NCBI GenBank assembly: GCA_951812995.1
Contig: CATOTD010000002.1
Span: 67,468 to 131,467, forward strand
DNA from: an uncultured Gammaproteobacteria bacterium
GTDB taxonomy: Bacteria; Pseudomonadota; Gammaproteobacteria; Eutrophobiales; Eutrophobiaceae
Direction of reading: 5' to 3'
DNA: 64,000 nt
Part shown: positions 50,663 through 60,749 of the stretch, in pieces
How the letters are laid out: every line of letters begins with the position of its first letter
Position numbering within the stretch: the stretch's first letter is position 1
Translations under genes and position numbers: made by a program
The notes under the pieces: generated by a model
What the model saw: the letters and a program-made list of their open reading frames with translations, nothing else
What the model was told of the DNA's origin: nothing
Databases searched by the model: none

Positions 50663-50850
50663 AACAAGCCGCGCTCCATCCATAAAGCATCAAGGAATGC
50701 GTCGATAATGCGCCTCGATTCGGGCGCACTGTTTGTGTGTTGTTCGGTCAATTACGTCATGCCTAAACGATTCATGGATACAGCCGCGGTCGGTAGCTTA
50801 GATGCGCATGTTGCAAGTGTTGATGGCACCGCCGTGGTTATTTAATAAGG
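50663..50850. repeat. right copy of the ~185-bp direct repeat, carrying a xerC 5' pseudo-fragment
   Basis: See 48569..48751. The minus strand encodes LTEQHTNSAPESRRIIDAFLDALWMERGL and then diverges. Confidence 0.85.
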
Positions 50851-50907
50851 CCCGTGCTTGCTTTTACGGCAAGCTACGGGAGCGGCCAGATGAGGCCATT
50901 GTCCCAT

Positions 50908-51264
50908 TTATTGCTTTGTCTTGATTTTTTCTTTGATGCGTGCCGCCTTGCCGCGCAGATTGCGCATGTAATAGAGTTTGGCGCGTCTGACATCACCACG
51001 GCGTTTGACCTGAATATCCGCAACGGTGTTGCTGTATGTTTGGAAGACGCGCTCTACACCTTCATCATAAGCAATCTTGCGCACGGTGAATGATGAATTC
51101 AGACCGCGGTTTTTAATCGCAATCACAACGCCTTCAAAGGCCTGTAGACGTTCGCGTTGTCCTTCTTTTACTTTGACTTGCACAACAACGGTATCGCCTG
51201 GCGCAAACGCGGGAATATCGCGGGTCATTTGTTCAGCTTCAAGTTGTTCGATTATATTTGCCAT
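50908..51264 (-). CDS. rplS: 50S ribosomal protein L19
   Basis: [13 protein letters not shown]...[13 protein letters not shown]; last gene of the rpsP-rimM-trmD-rplS operon. Confidence 0.9.
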   Translation of the reverse strand: MANIIEQLEAEQMTRDIPAFAPGDTVVVQVKVKEGQRERLQAFEGVVIAIKNRGLNSSFTVRKIAYDEGVERVFQTYSNTVADIQVKRRGDVRRAKLYYMRNLRGKAARIKEKIKTKQ

Positions 51265-51275
51265 TTTCATAACTC

Positions 51276-52031
51276 CTAATCACAATTATCGGGTTGCCCG
51301 GTTTCTGTAATAAATGCTTGTAGCAACGCTTTTTGTTCATCATCAAGTTCAATCCATTCAAGTAAATCAGGCCGCGCCTGCCATGTCTTTCCAAGTGCCT
51401 GTTGTAAGCGCCAGCGGCGTATTTCCTCGTGGTTGCCGCTGCGCAATACAGCGGGAACCTGATAACCATCAATCTGCTCTGGGCGCGTATAATGCGGATA
51501 GTCTAGCAACCCGTCAACAAATGAATCCTCACGCGCTGAATCTTGATGCCCCAAGACCCCCGGCAGTGTTCTGCAAACACTGTCTATCAAGACCATTGCG
51601 GCAAGTTCGCCGCCACTTAGCACATAATCACCAATCGACCATTCCTCATCGACCGCAGATTCGATAATACGTTCATCGATGCCTTCATAACGACCCGCGA
51701 GCAAGATCATGCCGCCGCGCTCGGCGAGCTCAGCGATGCCGACCTGATCCAAACGGCGGCCTTGTGGTGATAAATAAATCACCTTAGCTCCAGGTTGCGC
51801 CTCTTTGGCTTTGGCAATGGCCGCGCGCACTGGCGCATACATAATGACCATGCCGGGTCCGCCGCCATACGGCCGGTCGTCCACGGTCTTGTGTTTGTCT
51901 TGCGCGAAGTCCCGCAGATCCCAGACTCTGTATGCCAGTAACTCAGCCGCCGCCGCCCGTCCGATGACACCGTGTTCCAGTACGGGTGTCAGCATCGTCG
52001 GCAACAGCGTGATGACATCAAGCTGGTACAT
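51276..52031 (-). CDS. trmD: tRNA (guanine37-N1)-methyltransferase
   Basis: 251 aa with TrmD SPOUT signatures ([21 protein letters not shown]) and operon position. Confidence 0.9.
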   Translation of the reverse strand: MYQLDVITLLPTMLTPVLEHGVIGRAAAAELLAYRVWDLRDFAQDKHKTVDDRPYGGGPGMVIMYAPVRAAIAKAKEAQPGAKVIYLSPQGRRLDQVGIAELAERGGMILLAGRYEGIDERIIESAVDEEWSIGDYVLSGGELAAMVLIDSVCRTLPGVLGHQDSAREDSFVDGLLDYPHYTRPEQIDGYQVPAVLRSGNHEEIRRWRLQQALGKTWQARPDLLEWIELDDEQKALLQAFITETGQPDNCD

Positions 52032-52549
52032 TACGCCTCACGCGCCCATGCAACCTGCATCGTATGGGTTGTTAAATCAACGTGTTTGACGAATATCCCC
52101 ATCAGTAATGGAATCAGCGTCTTGACCTGCTTATCGTCATGGATCACAAGCACGTCGTGCGCACCAGTTTCGACAATATCGCTAATCTTGCCGAGCCGCA
52201 CTGCGTCTTGATTAACAACCTCAAGCCCGATTAGATCGTGCCAGTAATATGTGCCGTCTGTGAGTGTCGGTAATTGTCCGCGTGTTATGCCCAGTTCGCA
52301 GTGTATGAGTCGGCGTGCGTTTTCTGAATTATCGATGCCGGTTATTTTCAGCAACCGCCGCCGCCCTTGGTGTTGGAATGCTTCCACTGCAAGCCTCTCC
52401 CAATGATTGTGTACATGAATCAACAGGGGTGAATAGGTAGTAATGTTTTTTTCTGGTCGTGTGTATGAATCTATCTTCAACCAGCCCCGCACCCCGTAGA
52501 CCCCGCCAATACGGCCGACGATAAGGTGTTCCCGTTCCCGCATCAACAA
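52031..52549 (-). CDS. rimM: ribosome maturation factor RimM
   Basis: 172 aa ([15 protein letters not shown]..., PRC barrel), between rpsP and trmD. Confidence 0.85.
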   Translation of the reverse strand: MLMREREHLIVGRIGGVYGVRGWLKIDSYTRPEKNITTYSPLLIHVHNHWERLAVEAFQHQGRRRLLKITGIDNSENARRLIHCELGITRGQLPTLTDGTYYWHDLIGLEVVNQDAVRLGKISDIVETGAHDVLVIHDDKQVKTLIPLLMGIFVKHVDLTTHTMQVAWAREA

Positions 52550-52607
52550 TGTGGGTGTTGTTTTGTTAAAGGGTCATTATTTAATATCCAGAACACAACA
52601 CGCATCG

Positions 52608-52865
52608 TTATGCGGCATCAACCGTTGTCGCATGTTTTTTAATCAGTTGCGCCACCCGCTCGGATGTTTGTGCGCCTTGTGTAACCCAGTAGTCAACACG
52701 CGCCGTATCCAATCTGAAGGTAACCTCCGCACCGGTCGCCACTGGATTGAAAAACCCTAAGCGTTCCAGTACCCGGCCATCGCGCTTGTTGCGGCTATCG
52801 GTTGCGACTATGTGATAAAAAGGCTTTTTCTTCGCCCCAGTTCTCGACAATCTAATTTTTACCAT
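52608..52865 (-). CDS. rpsP: 30S ribosomal protein S16
   Basis: [41 protein letters not shown]. The listed ORF (to 53015) has a spurious upstream extension. Confidence 0.9.
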   Translation of the reverse strand: MVKIRLSRTGAKKKPFYHIVATDSRNKRDGRVLERLGFFNPVATGAEVTFRLDTARVDYWVTQGAQTSERVAQLIKKHATTVDAA

Positions 52866-52890
52866 CCGTCTTACGACCTCTATTATAATG

Positions 52891-53079
52891 TTATAAATTA
52901 TTGTTTTGTGGTGTAGCTTTGCGCGCAAGTGATTCGCAAGCGAGTTGATAGAGCTTGCTGACGCAGGGTCGGTTAAATTGATCAAACAGCGTTGCGCGCC
53001 CGACACCAAATTCAATAGCGGCCTGGTCTACTGTCCAACCGCGATCTTTAATAAATTGCTTTAGTTCTGCCCCGGTCAT
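52891..53079 (-). CDS. small putative HTH DNA-binding protein (62 aa)
   Basis: [18 protein letters not shown] looks like a helix-turn-helix; sits just upstream of rpsP. Weak evidence. Confidence 0.25.
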   Translation of the reverse strand: MTGAELKQFIKDRGWTVDQAAIEFGVGRATLFDQFNRPCVSKLYQLACESLARKATPQNNNL

Positions 53080-53390
53080 TTGAATTTATCTCGTAAATAA
53101 GCCATTTTTTGCAAATGTCTTAAAAAACCTGTTTCTTGCTCTCCGCCGCACGGATTCAAACGTTTCACACATTTTTTCAAATCAGATTTTGATATTACAA
53201 ATGTATACATAAAATCATCTAATGTAAATAACGCGCAGGAGATGCCTCGCCCGAAAAAGCCGCTATTGTACATAAAACCATTGAAAAAGAAAGTAGCGAC
53301 CACAACGGTAACCTAGGGTGGTAATTGTTGACAAAATTATATTAAAATTACCCTTAATAGTTAAATTAACATACAATACGCCAAACCAAA

Positions 53391-53478
53391 CTGGCCAAAG
53401 AACTAAAGAAACTGAACCCAAAGAAACTGAACCCAAAGAAACTGAACCCAAAGAAACTGAACCCAAAGAAACTGGGCA
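53391..53478 (+). repeat. about 4.7 tandem copies of a 15-bp unit AAAGAAACTGAACCC ending 2 nt before the start codon of the giant surface protein gene
   Basis: Directly visible; preceded by a degenerate copy (CCAAAGAACTAAAG) and by a TTGACA hexamer at 53327. Confidence 0.85.
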
Positions 53479-53480
53479 AT

Positions 53481-56400
53481 ATGCAACGTGCCAACACCGC
53501 AATCATTACGTCATTCCAAGCCGTTATTGTCTTTTTTCTATGGCTGGTTGCAAGCCCGTCGCTGTTTGCGCAAGTCGCACCCGGGGTGACGGTCTCCGAG
53601 GCGAGGCTCACGGTTGCCGAAAATGGCGGCACGACTGAGTTCACGATACGGCTCTCCAGCCCACCCACCGAGCCTATCTTGGTTATCGCTCAGCCATTGG
53701 CTAACAATTCTGGTGTCACCGCCAATGTGATCGGCGGGACCCTAATCAACGACCTTAACTGGAACATCCCCAAGACGATCAGGATCACGGGGGTTGATGA
53801 TGATATCGCCAATCCCGACCCGCGCCGCACGGCACGTGTCCAGATACTCCTTAGAGATCAGGATGGCGGTAGCATTGGTAGCCGTAGTAGCTATCACAAC
53901 CTCAGTACTACCCTGGACATCACGGTCATCGATGATGATGTCGCCCCCGATGCCCCAAGCAATCTTACCGCTATCCCCGACAATGCCAAGGTACACCTGA
54001 ATTGGGTAGCCCCGACTACGGGCGGGGCGGTTGCCAGGTATGAGTATTCAACGGATGGCGGCACCACCTGGATCAGTACCGGCACGAATACCCGCGTTAC
54101 CGTAACTGGCTTGGCCAACGACAACCTAGTCAGCTTTACCGTGCGCGCGGCCAATGCCGCAGGCAACAGCGCGGCCAGCACTGCAGTACCCGCCACGCCG
54201 ACAGCAGGCGCAAGACCCCCCGATGCCCCAACAAACCTGGCCGCTGTCCCGCGCCAAACTCAGGAGGTAAACCTGACCTGGGATGCCCCGGCCAACAATG
54301 GCGGTTCAGCGATTACCGACTATGCGTATTCAACGGATGACGGCACGACTTGGACTCTCACCGATAGCACCAATACCAACTTTGTCGTACTCAACTTGAT
54401 CGACTATAACCTATACACCTTTATCGTGCGCGCGGTCAATGCCCAAGGTGCCAGTGTGGCCAGCGCGCCAGCGTCAGCCACGCCGGTGCCAAGCGGAATC
54501 ACGGTGATGCGTCCTCGCGTGTTTGTAGTTCCCGAAAATGGCCGCACCCCGGTCAGTTTCACGTTAAGGCTCAACACGCAACCTGGCGGCGATGTTACTA
54601 TTCGCATCACACCACCTAGCATTGATGGAACGGCCATCGCCACCCTCTCTGGAAGTGGGACAGCGGCGGCAAACGGGGTCAGGACGCTGACCTTTACGCC
54701 TGATAACTGGAACACCGCCCAGACAGTCACAGTCACGGGTGTGAATGACGCAATCGACAACCCGGGCGATGGGCGCACCGCAAGTTTAATCACACAGGTT
54801 CAAAACTATGGGCGCAACATTAGAATAGATCCTCCCATCAGTGTCACGGTCACCGATGATGATGCCGCACCCGATGCCCCGACCGGTCTTGGTGCCGCCA
54901 CCGCCGGTGATGGCGAGATAGTCTTAAGCTGGACCGCTCCGGTCAATACTGGCACCGTCGATGCCGTCGCCGCGGCGATGAGCGGCTATGAGTATCGGCA
55001 ACAGGCCGCTGGGGTATGGAGTGATTGGAACACGATACATGACAGTGCCCCCGGGGGTGCCAATGCGGCGAGTTATACCGTACCTAACTTGGTCAATGGC
55101 ACGGCCTATACCTTTGCGGTACGGGCGGTTAGTGCCGCCGGTAAGGGTGCGGCCAGTAATCAAGAATCAGCTACACCGCAAGCCAGGGTCGTTGCTAATG
55201 CCCCAACGGTGAGTATTGCCACAATAGACGACCATGGGGGTAGGACAGCCCGGAATGTTGAGGTTACAGTTATTTTTGATGTGGCTGTGAATGGTTTTAT
55301 CGCAAGCGATGTGCGCGTGACGGGGGGAACGGTAGAAAGATTTAACGGCGCTGATGGCGGCACGAGATACAACTTTTTTATTGCGCCAGCGGGCACGGAT
55401 GCGATTACGCTGCTTGTGCCTGCAGGTGTTGCTCAAGGTGTTGTAGGCGGCATCGGCAATGTCCAGAGCCAGCAAGTGACAATACCCTATATTGGCCCGC
55501 CTTCTGCGCCTAGAGACATTCAGGCAACGCCTGGTAATGCCCAAGTCATTTTACGTTGGAATTCCCCGGCCAATATCGGTGGTCGACCGATTACCCGCTA
55601 TGAGTATCGGCAAGATGACGGTGCTGGTTTTGGTGCTTGGCAGGCCATTGCTGACAGTGCCCCCGGGGGTGCCAATGATGACAGCTTTACCGTGACCACC
55701 GGATTGACCAACGGAACTCGATATACTTTTCAGGTGCGTGCGGTCAATGGTGCGGGTGATGGTGCGGCCAGTGTCTCGGTATCAAAAACACCGACCGACG
55801 CTGATGTCGCTCCCCCAACGGTAATGATCACCACCAATGCGGGTGGTAGCCATGATGGCAGTACGGCCTTTACTGCGACCTTTACCTTTAGTGAAGACCT
55901 AGACCCAACCGACCCCTTTGCGATAGGCGATATCCGCTTAGCGGAAGCGACCGCCAGTAAATTCGTAGCAACAACGATCAACCGCGTCTACACCGCCACC
56001 ATCACGCCGGATGTGGGTACGACTGCGGCCATAACGATAGATGTTAATGCTAATGTTGTCCAAGACTTGGCGAGTAACAATAATGAGGCGGCGGCACAAG
56101 TGAGTGTGCCTTATGTTGCGGTCACGGTAACCGATGATGATGTTGCGACGGCAGAGCGTGAGCGGATTGATCAGGTGAACAATGATATTGCCCCGCGGCT
56201 GGCGCAAGCGATGCTGGCAAGTCCATTGTCGGCGATTACCAGTCGTATCGTGTCGGTGACCTCGGGTGTGTCATCGGCGGTTAACCTGACTGATGCGTCC
56301 AATGTTGCGCAGGTATTGAAGTCTAACGAGCGGTCGCTGGAACAGGGTACGTTTGATCCGAAGGTGTTGCTGGACGGCCGTACGTTTGTATTGCCGTTGC

Positions 56401-57602
56401 AGGCGTTTGGTGGCGGTGCTCGGGATGCGGATGGTATGGGTGGTTTGGCACTTTGGGGCAGTGGTGATTATACCGATCTCAAGGGCAACCCAGACCAGCG
56501 ATTGCAATGGGATGGCAATATGACGACGGCGCATCTCGGTGCGGATATGTGGTTGAGCCAGAATATATTGGCGGGTCTGTCAGTCGCGTGGTCGCGCGGT
56601 TCGTTTGACTATACCGACCGGTCGGCTACAGTAGCAGGTAGCAGTGCTGCGGTAGATGGTCCCATAGACGGCAACTATGAGAGTGAGATGTTGAGCGTGC
56701 ATCCGTATGTGAATTTTGCTTTGACCAAGGACTTTGAGGCGTGGGCGACCGTGGGTTACGGTTGGGGTGATGTGGAGATTGGCGACAATCTGATGACGGC
56801 ACCGCAGTCAAGTGATACGACGTTGACGATGGCGGCAGTCGGTGCGAGCGGTCAGTTGTTGTCGGTGGATGATCTGATCGTGGGCGGCACGACGATCCTG
56901 AAGCTGAAGGCCGAGGGTGCGTTATCGCAACTTGATATTGATGGTAATGGTGCGCGTATCAACCCGTTGACTGCGGATATACAGCGGTTGCGTTTGTTGT
57001 TGGAGGGCAGTCACGTACACACACTGGACTCAGGTAAGACGTTGACCCCGGCGTTGGAGGTGGGTGTGCGTCATGACAGTGGTGACGGGGTGCAGGGCAT
57101 TGGTTATGAGCTGGGCGGCAGTATACGCTTTTTGAATCCGGCTAGCGGTGTGACGATGGATATACATGGTCGGGTGTTGCTTGCGCATGAGGATGATTAT
57201 GAGGAATGGGGTGTGGGTGGTTTGATGCGGTTTGACTCGGGTCGGCGTGGTCGCGGTTTGTCGCTTAGTGTGGCACCGGTGTATGGTGAGGCGACGAGCG
57301 GGGTCGCGCAGTTGTGGGATCAGGGTGTGAGCCGTGCGACCATGGCGGCCGTGGACAATACGCCACGTTTGCGTTTGGACAGTGAGATTGGGTATGGTTA
57401 TGATGTGTTTGGTGGACGGGCGTTGTTGACACCTTACAGTGGTTTCTCGTTGGTGGGTGAGGGCGCGCAGCGTTATCGGCTTGGCACACGTCTTGAGATT
57501 GGGTCTGTGTTCAAGTTGAGTTTTGAGGGTGCGCGTCGTGAGGCATCGGGTGATGCGGCGGCCGATCATGGTGCCATGTTGCGGCTTGATTGGGCGTTGT
57601 AA
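53481..57602 (+). CDS. giant secreted adhesin-like protein: signal peptide, Calx-beta/fn3 repeat passenger, autotransporter-like C-terminal beta-domain
   Basis: 1373 aa. Signal peptide MQRANTAIITSFQAVIVFFLWLVASPSLFAQ. Repeated fn3-type segments (PDAPSNLTAIPDNAKVHLNWVAP...YEYSTDGGTTW). The C-terminal ~450 aa (..ALWGSGDYTDLKGN...GADMWLSQNILAGLSVAWSRGSFDY...MLRLDWAL) resemble an autotransporter barrel. Confidence 0.6.
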   Translation: MQRANTAIITSFQAVIVFFLWLVASPSLFAQVAPGVTVSEARLTVAENGGTTEFTIRLSSPPTEPILVIAQPLANNSGVTANVIGGTLINDLNWNIPKTIRITGVDDDIANPDPRRTARVQILLRDQDGGSIGSRSSYHNLSTTLDITVIDDDVAPDAPSNLTAIPDNAKVHLNWVAPTTGGAVARYEYSTDGGTTWISTGTNTRVTVTGLANDNLVSFTVRAANAAGNSAASTAVPATPTAGARPPDAPTNLAAVPRQTQEVNLTWDAPANNGGSAITDYAYSTDDGTTWTLTDSTNTNFVVLNLIDYNLYTFIVRAVNAQGASVASAPASATPVPSGITVMRPRVFVVPENGRTPVSFTLRLNTQPGGDVTIRITPPSIDGTAIATLSGSGTAAANGVRTLTFTPDNWNTAQTVTVTGVNDAIDNPGDGRTASLITQVQNYGRNIRIDPPISVTVTDDDAAPDAPTGLGAATAGDGEIVLSWTAPVNTGTVDAVAAAMSGYEYRQQAAGVWSDWNTIHDSAPGGANAASYTVPNLVNGTAYTFAVRAVSAAGKGAASNQESATPQARVVANAPTVSIATIDDHGGRTARNVEVTVIFDVAVNGFIASDVRVTGGTVERFNGADGGTRYNFFIAPAGTDAITLLVPAGVAQGVVGGIGNVQSQQVTIPYIGPPSAPRDIQATPGNAQVILRWNSPANIGGRPITRYEYRQDDGAGFGAWQAIADSAPGGANDDSFTVTTGLTNGTRYTFQVRAVNGAGDGAASVSVSKTPTDADVAPPTVMITTNAGGSHDGSTAFTATFTFSEDLDPTDPFAIGDIRLAEATASKFVATTINRVYTATITPDVGTTAAITIDVNANVVQDLASNNNEAAAQVSVPYVAVTVTDDDVATAERERIDQVNNDIAPRLAQAMLASPLSAITSRIVSVTSGVSSAVNLTDASNVAQVLKSNERSLEQGTFDPKVLLDGRTFVLPLQAFGGGARDADGMGGLALWGSGDYTDLKGNPDQRLQWDGNMTTAHLGADMWLSQNILAGLSVAWSRGSFDYTDRSATVAGSSAAVDGPIDGNYESEMLSVHPYVNFALTKDFEAWATVGYGWGDVEIGDNLMTAPQSSDTTLTMAAVGASGQLLSVDDLIVGGTTILKLKAEGALSQLDIDGNGARINPLTADIQRLRLLLEGSHVHTLDSGKTLTPALEVGVRHDSGDGVQGIGYELGGSIRFLNPASGVTMDIHGRVLLAHEDDYEEWGVGGLMRFDSGRRGRGLSLSVAPVYGEATSGVAQLWDQGVSRATMAAVDNTPRLRLDSEIGYGYDVFGGRALLTPYSGFSLVGEGAQRYRLGTRLEIGSVFKLSFEGARREASGDAAADHGAMLRLDWAL

Positions 57603-58024
57603 CGGGTAAAAAAGGCCTGTAAAAGACACCCGATGCTAACGCCGAGAATGTGTGCTTTATCAACCTGGAACGGCAAGAAAGATGAAATCTAGCTATTTTT
57701 TCCGCGTCAGCTACAGATGATGTTAGATAACCCCATGCGTGGCACTGCTTTATATCGTGCCTTGGTTCATGCGGACGCACCCGAAGACGAAGCCAAAGAG
57801 GCCGCCGATGGTTGAGGATAAATTTAATAATATTGATAGTCGTTTAACACGACTAAAAACGATGTCGAAAGTTACGATTGCATTGTTAATAGCGATATTG
57901 ATTAAATCATTTTTTTAGTATGGCGGCGGCACACTGCCCTTGAAACCTTGTTTAATGAGCGTTTAATAAGGGAATGATATACTTCAATAAGAGCCTTTCC
58001 CAAAAACTGTGTAACTGCCGTTGG

Positions 58025-58363
58025 TTAAACGAGGTCCTTTAGTCGGTCTTCGAATTCGATCATAAAGCGATTCATCGCTGGTTTCCAATATTTAATCGAC
58101 ATAGTCCACTGCTTTGATGCATCTTGAATCGCCAGATAGATCACCTTTCTGGTAGCGTTGTTGGTTGGAAACAACTTACGTTTTTTGATAGCTTTCCTGA
58201 TGACGCTGTTGAACGATGCAATGGCGTTGGTGGTATAGATTGCCTTGCGCAAGTCCTGCGGGTAATCAAACAGGGTGTTGAGGTTCTGCCAATGACTCTG
58301 CCAGGAACGGCTGGTCTTAGGGTATTTGGCATCCCATTCGTCACCAAAGACATCAAGCACCAA
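58025..58363 (-). pseudogene. C-terminal fragment of an IS256-family transposase (a further lineage)
   Basis: ..WQNLNTLFDYPQDLRKAIYTTNAIASFNSVIRKAIKKRKLFPTNNATRKVIYLAIQDASKQWTMSIKYW is the conserved IS256 C-terminus; the N-terminal part is missing (IS256 lineage 3 copy abuts at 58436). Confidence 0.7.
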
Positions 58364-58435
58364 CAGTGCTTCCGCCTCCGTAGTTGACTGGTAGATTTGC
58401 TACAAGTCGACTACAACCGCCTTGTAGCTCAGAGT

Positions 58436-59045
58436 TACAACCGAACCTGGTGTCTGAAGAGGTTGAAGTATGCGGCGTGCCTTGCTGGAATCGGTTTTGT
58501 CTAGCAATCAAAAGTAACAAGAGGAGTACGCCACACATGACAAACAATACTGTGATTGATCTGGGTACACCAGAGGGAATTGATCCACTGACAGAGTTAC
58601 TCAGATCTGGTGCGAGGCAGTTAATCACCGAAGCTGTCCAGGTAGAGCCAGATGAGTTGATGAGGCAGTATGATGATCAAAAAACGGCTGACGTACGCCA
58701 GCACGTTGTCCGTAGCGGTCATCATCCAGAACGAGAGATCATCATCGGGGTTGGCAAGGTCAGCGTTGAGGTGCCCAATATCCGTAGCCGTGAGGGTGAG
58801 TCGGCGAGCTTTCAATCTTTGCTTGTACCGCCCTACATCCGGCGCACAGCGACCCTGGATGCGGCGATTCCCTGGCTTTATTTGAAGGGTGTTTCGAGTG
58901 GTCAGATGCAAAGTGCACTGGAAGCGATTGTCGGATTGGAGGCTAAAGGGCTGTCGGCCAATGTCGTGGGTCGTTTGAAACGGCAATGGGAAGCTGCATA
59001 CAAGCAATGGTGTACACGTTCCGTGTCTGATGAATGGGTCTATAT
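58436..59045 (+). mobile_element. IS256-family lineage 3 copy, interrupted after ..DEWVY by insertion of IS256 lineage 1 copy C
   Basis: End sequence shared with 39433 and 62147. Transposase from 58537 (MTNNTVIDLGTPEG..) reads to ..RSVSDEWVY, then runs into the GATAACATA.. IR of the other element. Confidence 0.7.
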
Positions 59046-60415
59046 GATAACATACATTATCTTTCGCAAATATGAAGAGGCGGTTTTCCTTTATCTGGTT
59101 AAATAAAAAGTGACATAACCATTTATTTGACCAGGAGAAGAGTCGCCATGAGCGATGATACAAGCAAGCACTTGAACAATGTAGTCCCTATTGATGAACA
59201 GGAACTGCAGGGCCATCTCAACAAAGTGGTACTGAAGACTGTGGAAGACACCCGCAACCAGATTCTGGACGCTGAGGCTGATGCGCTGGTGGGTGCTGAT
59301 CGATATGCACGCACTGAGACGCGCAAAGACGACCGGTCTGGTAGTTACACCAGGAAGCGCCACACAAAGGGCCGGAGAGCTTGAGTTAAAGATGCAGAAG
59401 CTACGCAAGCAGACCTTTGAGATGGCCATCATAGAGCGCTATCGGTGCCGTGTAGCATCTGTCGAAGAGGCACTGATTGAGATGTATCTGGCTGGCGTAT
59501 CGGTCTTACGGGTGGAGGATGTCACCGCAGTCCTCTGGGGTACCCGTGTTAGCTCAGGGACTATTTCAAAGCTCAACCAGCGTATCTATGGGCAGATTGA
59601 AGAGTGGCGTAATCGCCCCATAGGGAGTGATTTCCCTTATGTATACCTGGACGGTGTTGTGCTCAAACGCAGTTGGGGCGGTGCAGTGAAGAACGTTTCT
59701 GTTCTGGTCGCCATCGGTGTTGGGGACGATGACTACCGCCGCATTCCAGGGATTGTTGAAGGGACTAAGGGGGATAAGGCGGGCTGGTCAGGATGCCTGC
59801 GTCATTTGCAGGCACGCGGTCTCAAGGGCATCAGGTTGGTGCTCAGTGATGCCTGTCTTGGGCGCCAGGAGTCAATAGGTGACTTCTACCCGAAGCTGGC
59901 TGGCAGCGTTGTATTGTGCACTGCTACCGCAACGTCTTCAGTCATGTGTCTCGTGGTCGTGTCAAAGAAGTCTCTCGCATGTTGCAGGCTATCCATGCAT
60001 CTGAATATATGGAATCAGTCAGGCATAAGGCCACGGAGGTTGAGAAGAAGCTCAGGGACATGAAGTTATCGAGTGCAGCGGATTGGCTGGACCAGTGCAT
60101 GGCAGAGACCCTGACGTATTATCGGTTTCTGGCAGAGCACTGGATTTGCATTCGGACTAACAATCCTTTGGAGCGGATCATTCGAGAAATCAGGCGGCGA
60201 ACTTGAGTAGTGGGAGCATTCCCGGATGGCAACTCGGCGTTGATGCTTTGTGCGGCAAGGCTTAGACACATCGCGGGGAGCTAGTGGGGAACGCGGACAT
60301 ATCTGAACATGGATTTGCTCCAAGAGATGGATAAAGAAAAGGATTTTCAGGTAGCGTAACAACCAGATTTAAGGGAAAGCCAAATCAGAAAGTGCGAAAG
60401 ATTATTGACACTACC
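59046..60415 (+). mobile_element. IS256-family lineage 1 copy C: full-length ends, transposase pseudogene with the same 1-nt deletion and in-frame TGA as copy A
   Basis: Left IR GATAACATACATTATCTTTCGCAAAT, right IR ..GAAAGTGCGAAAGATTATTGACACTACC. ORFs 59127..59384, 59281..60063 and 59916..60206, with TGA between ..IRRRT and VVGAFPDG. Confidence 0.8.
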
Positions 60416-60698
60416 CATTAACGGCCGAGGTGATACTATCATACCCGGTAAATGCTCCTATCGTAGCAAATGTTCCGCTTAGAGAATCACCTTCAAAAAA
60501 CTCAAGCGTCTCAACGCCATCATCAAAGGTAAATGATTGCGTCTGTGTATTATCGCCACCGTTATTAACTGTTATCTGAAGCCCATAGAGTTTACCTCCA
60601 TCAGATGGTAGACTTTGCGCCATGACTCCTCGCCCGCCAAGTAATAATAGTATTGGCAAGACAAAAAACAAGATTTTACCGAAGTTATATTTATTCAT
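60411..60698 (-). CDS. small secreted hypothetical protein (95 aa, signal peptide)
   Basis: MNKYNFGKILFFVLPILLLLGGRGVMA signal sequence. The stop codon overlaps the IS256 right end, so the C-terminus may be altered. Confidence 0.35.
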   Translation of the reverse strand: MNKYNFGKILFFVLPILLLLGGRGVMAQSLPSDGGKLYGLQITVNNGGDNTQTQSFTFDDGVETLEFFEGDSLSGTFATIGAFTGYDSITSAVNG

Positions 60699-60749
60699 TT
60701 TTATATCTCCTTAAAGTAGGTTTTTAGATTATGGTTTATTGAAGAAGGT

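Noticed and set aside
53263-53668. ORFs 53263..53502 (minus, ..VSLGSVSLGSVSLGS..), 53318..53638 (plus, ..TEPKETEPKETEPKE..) and 53366..53668 (minus)
   Set aside because: All three are translations of the 15-bp repeat array or antisense of the start of the giant gene. The real gene starts at 53481 with a clear signal peptide in a different frame.
53742-57489. Numerous minus-strand ORFs inside the giant adhesin gene
   Set aside because: Antisense to a long high-GC repetitive coding region; typical spurious ORFs.
57600-58020. Possible small RNA or tRNA in the 420-bp gap after the giant gene
   Set aside because: No cloverleaf or conserved RNA motif could be recognised by eye; contains only an IS-IR-like 15-mer. 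Left unannotated.
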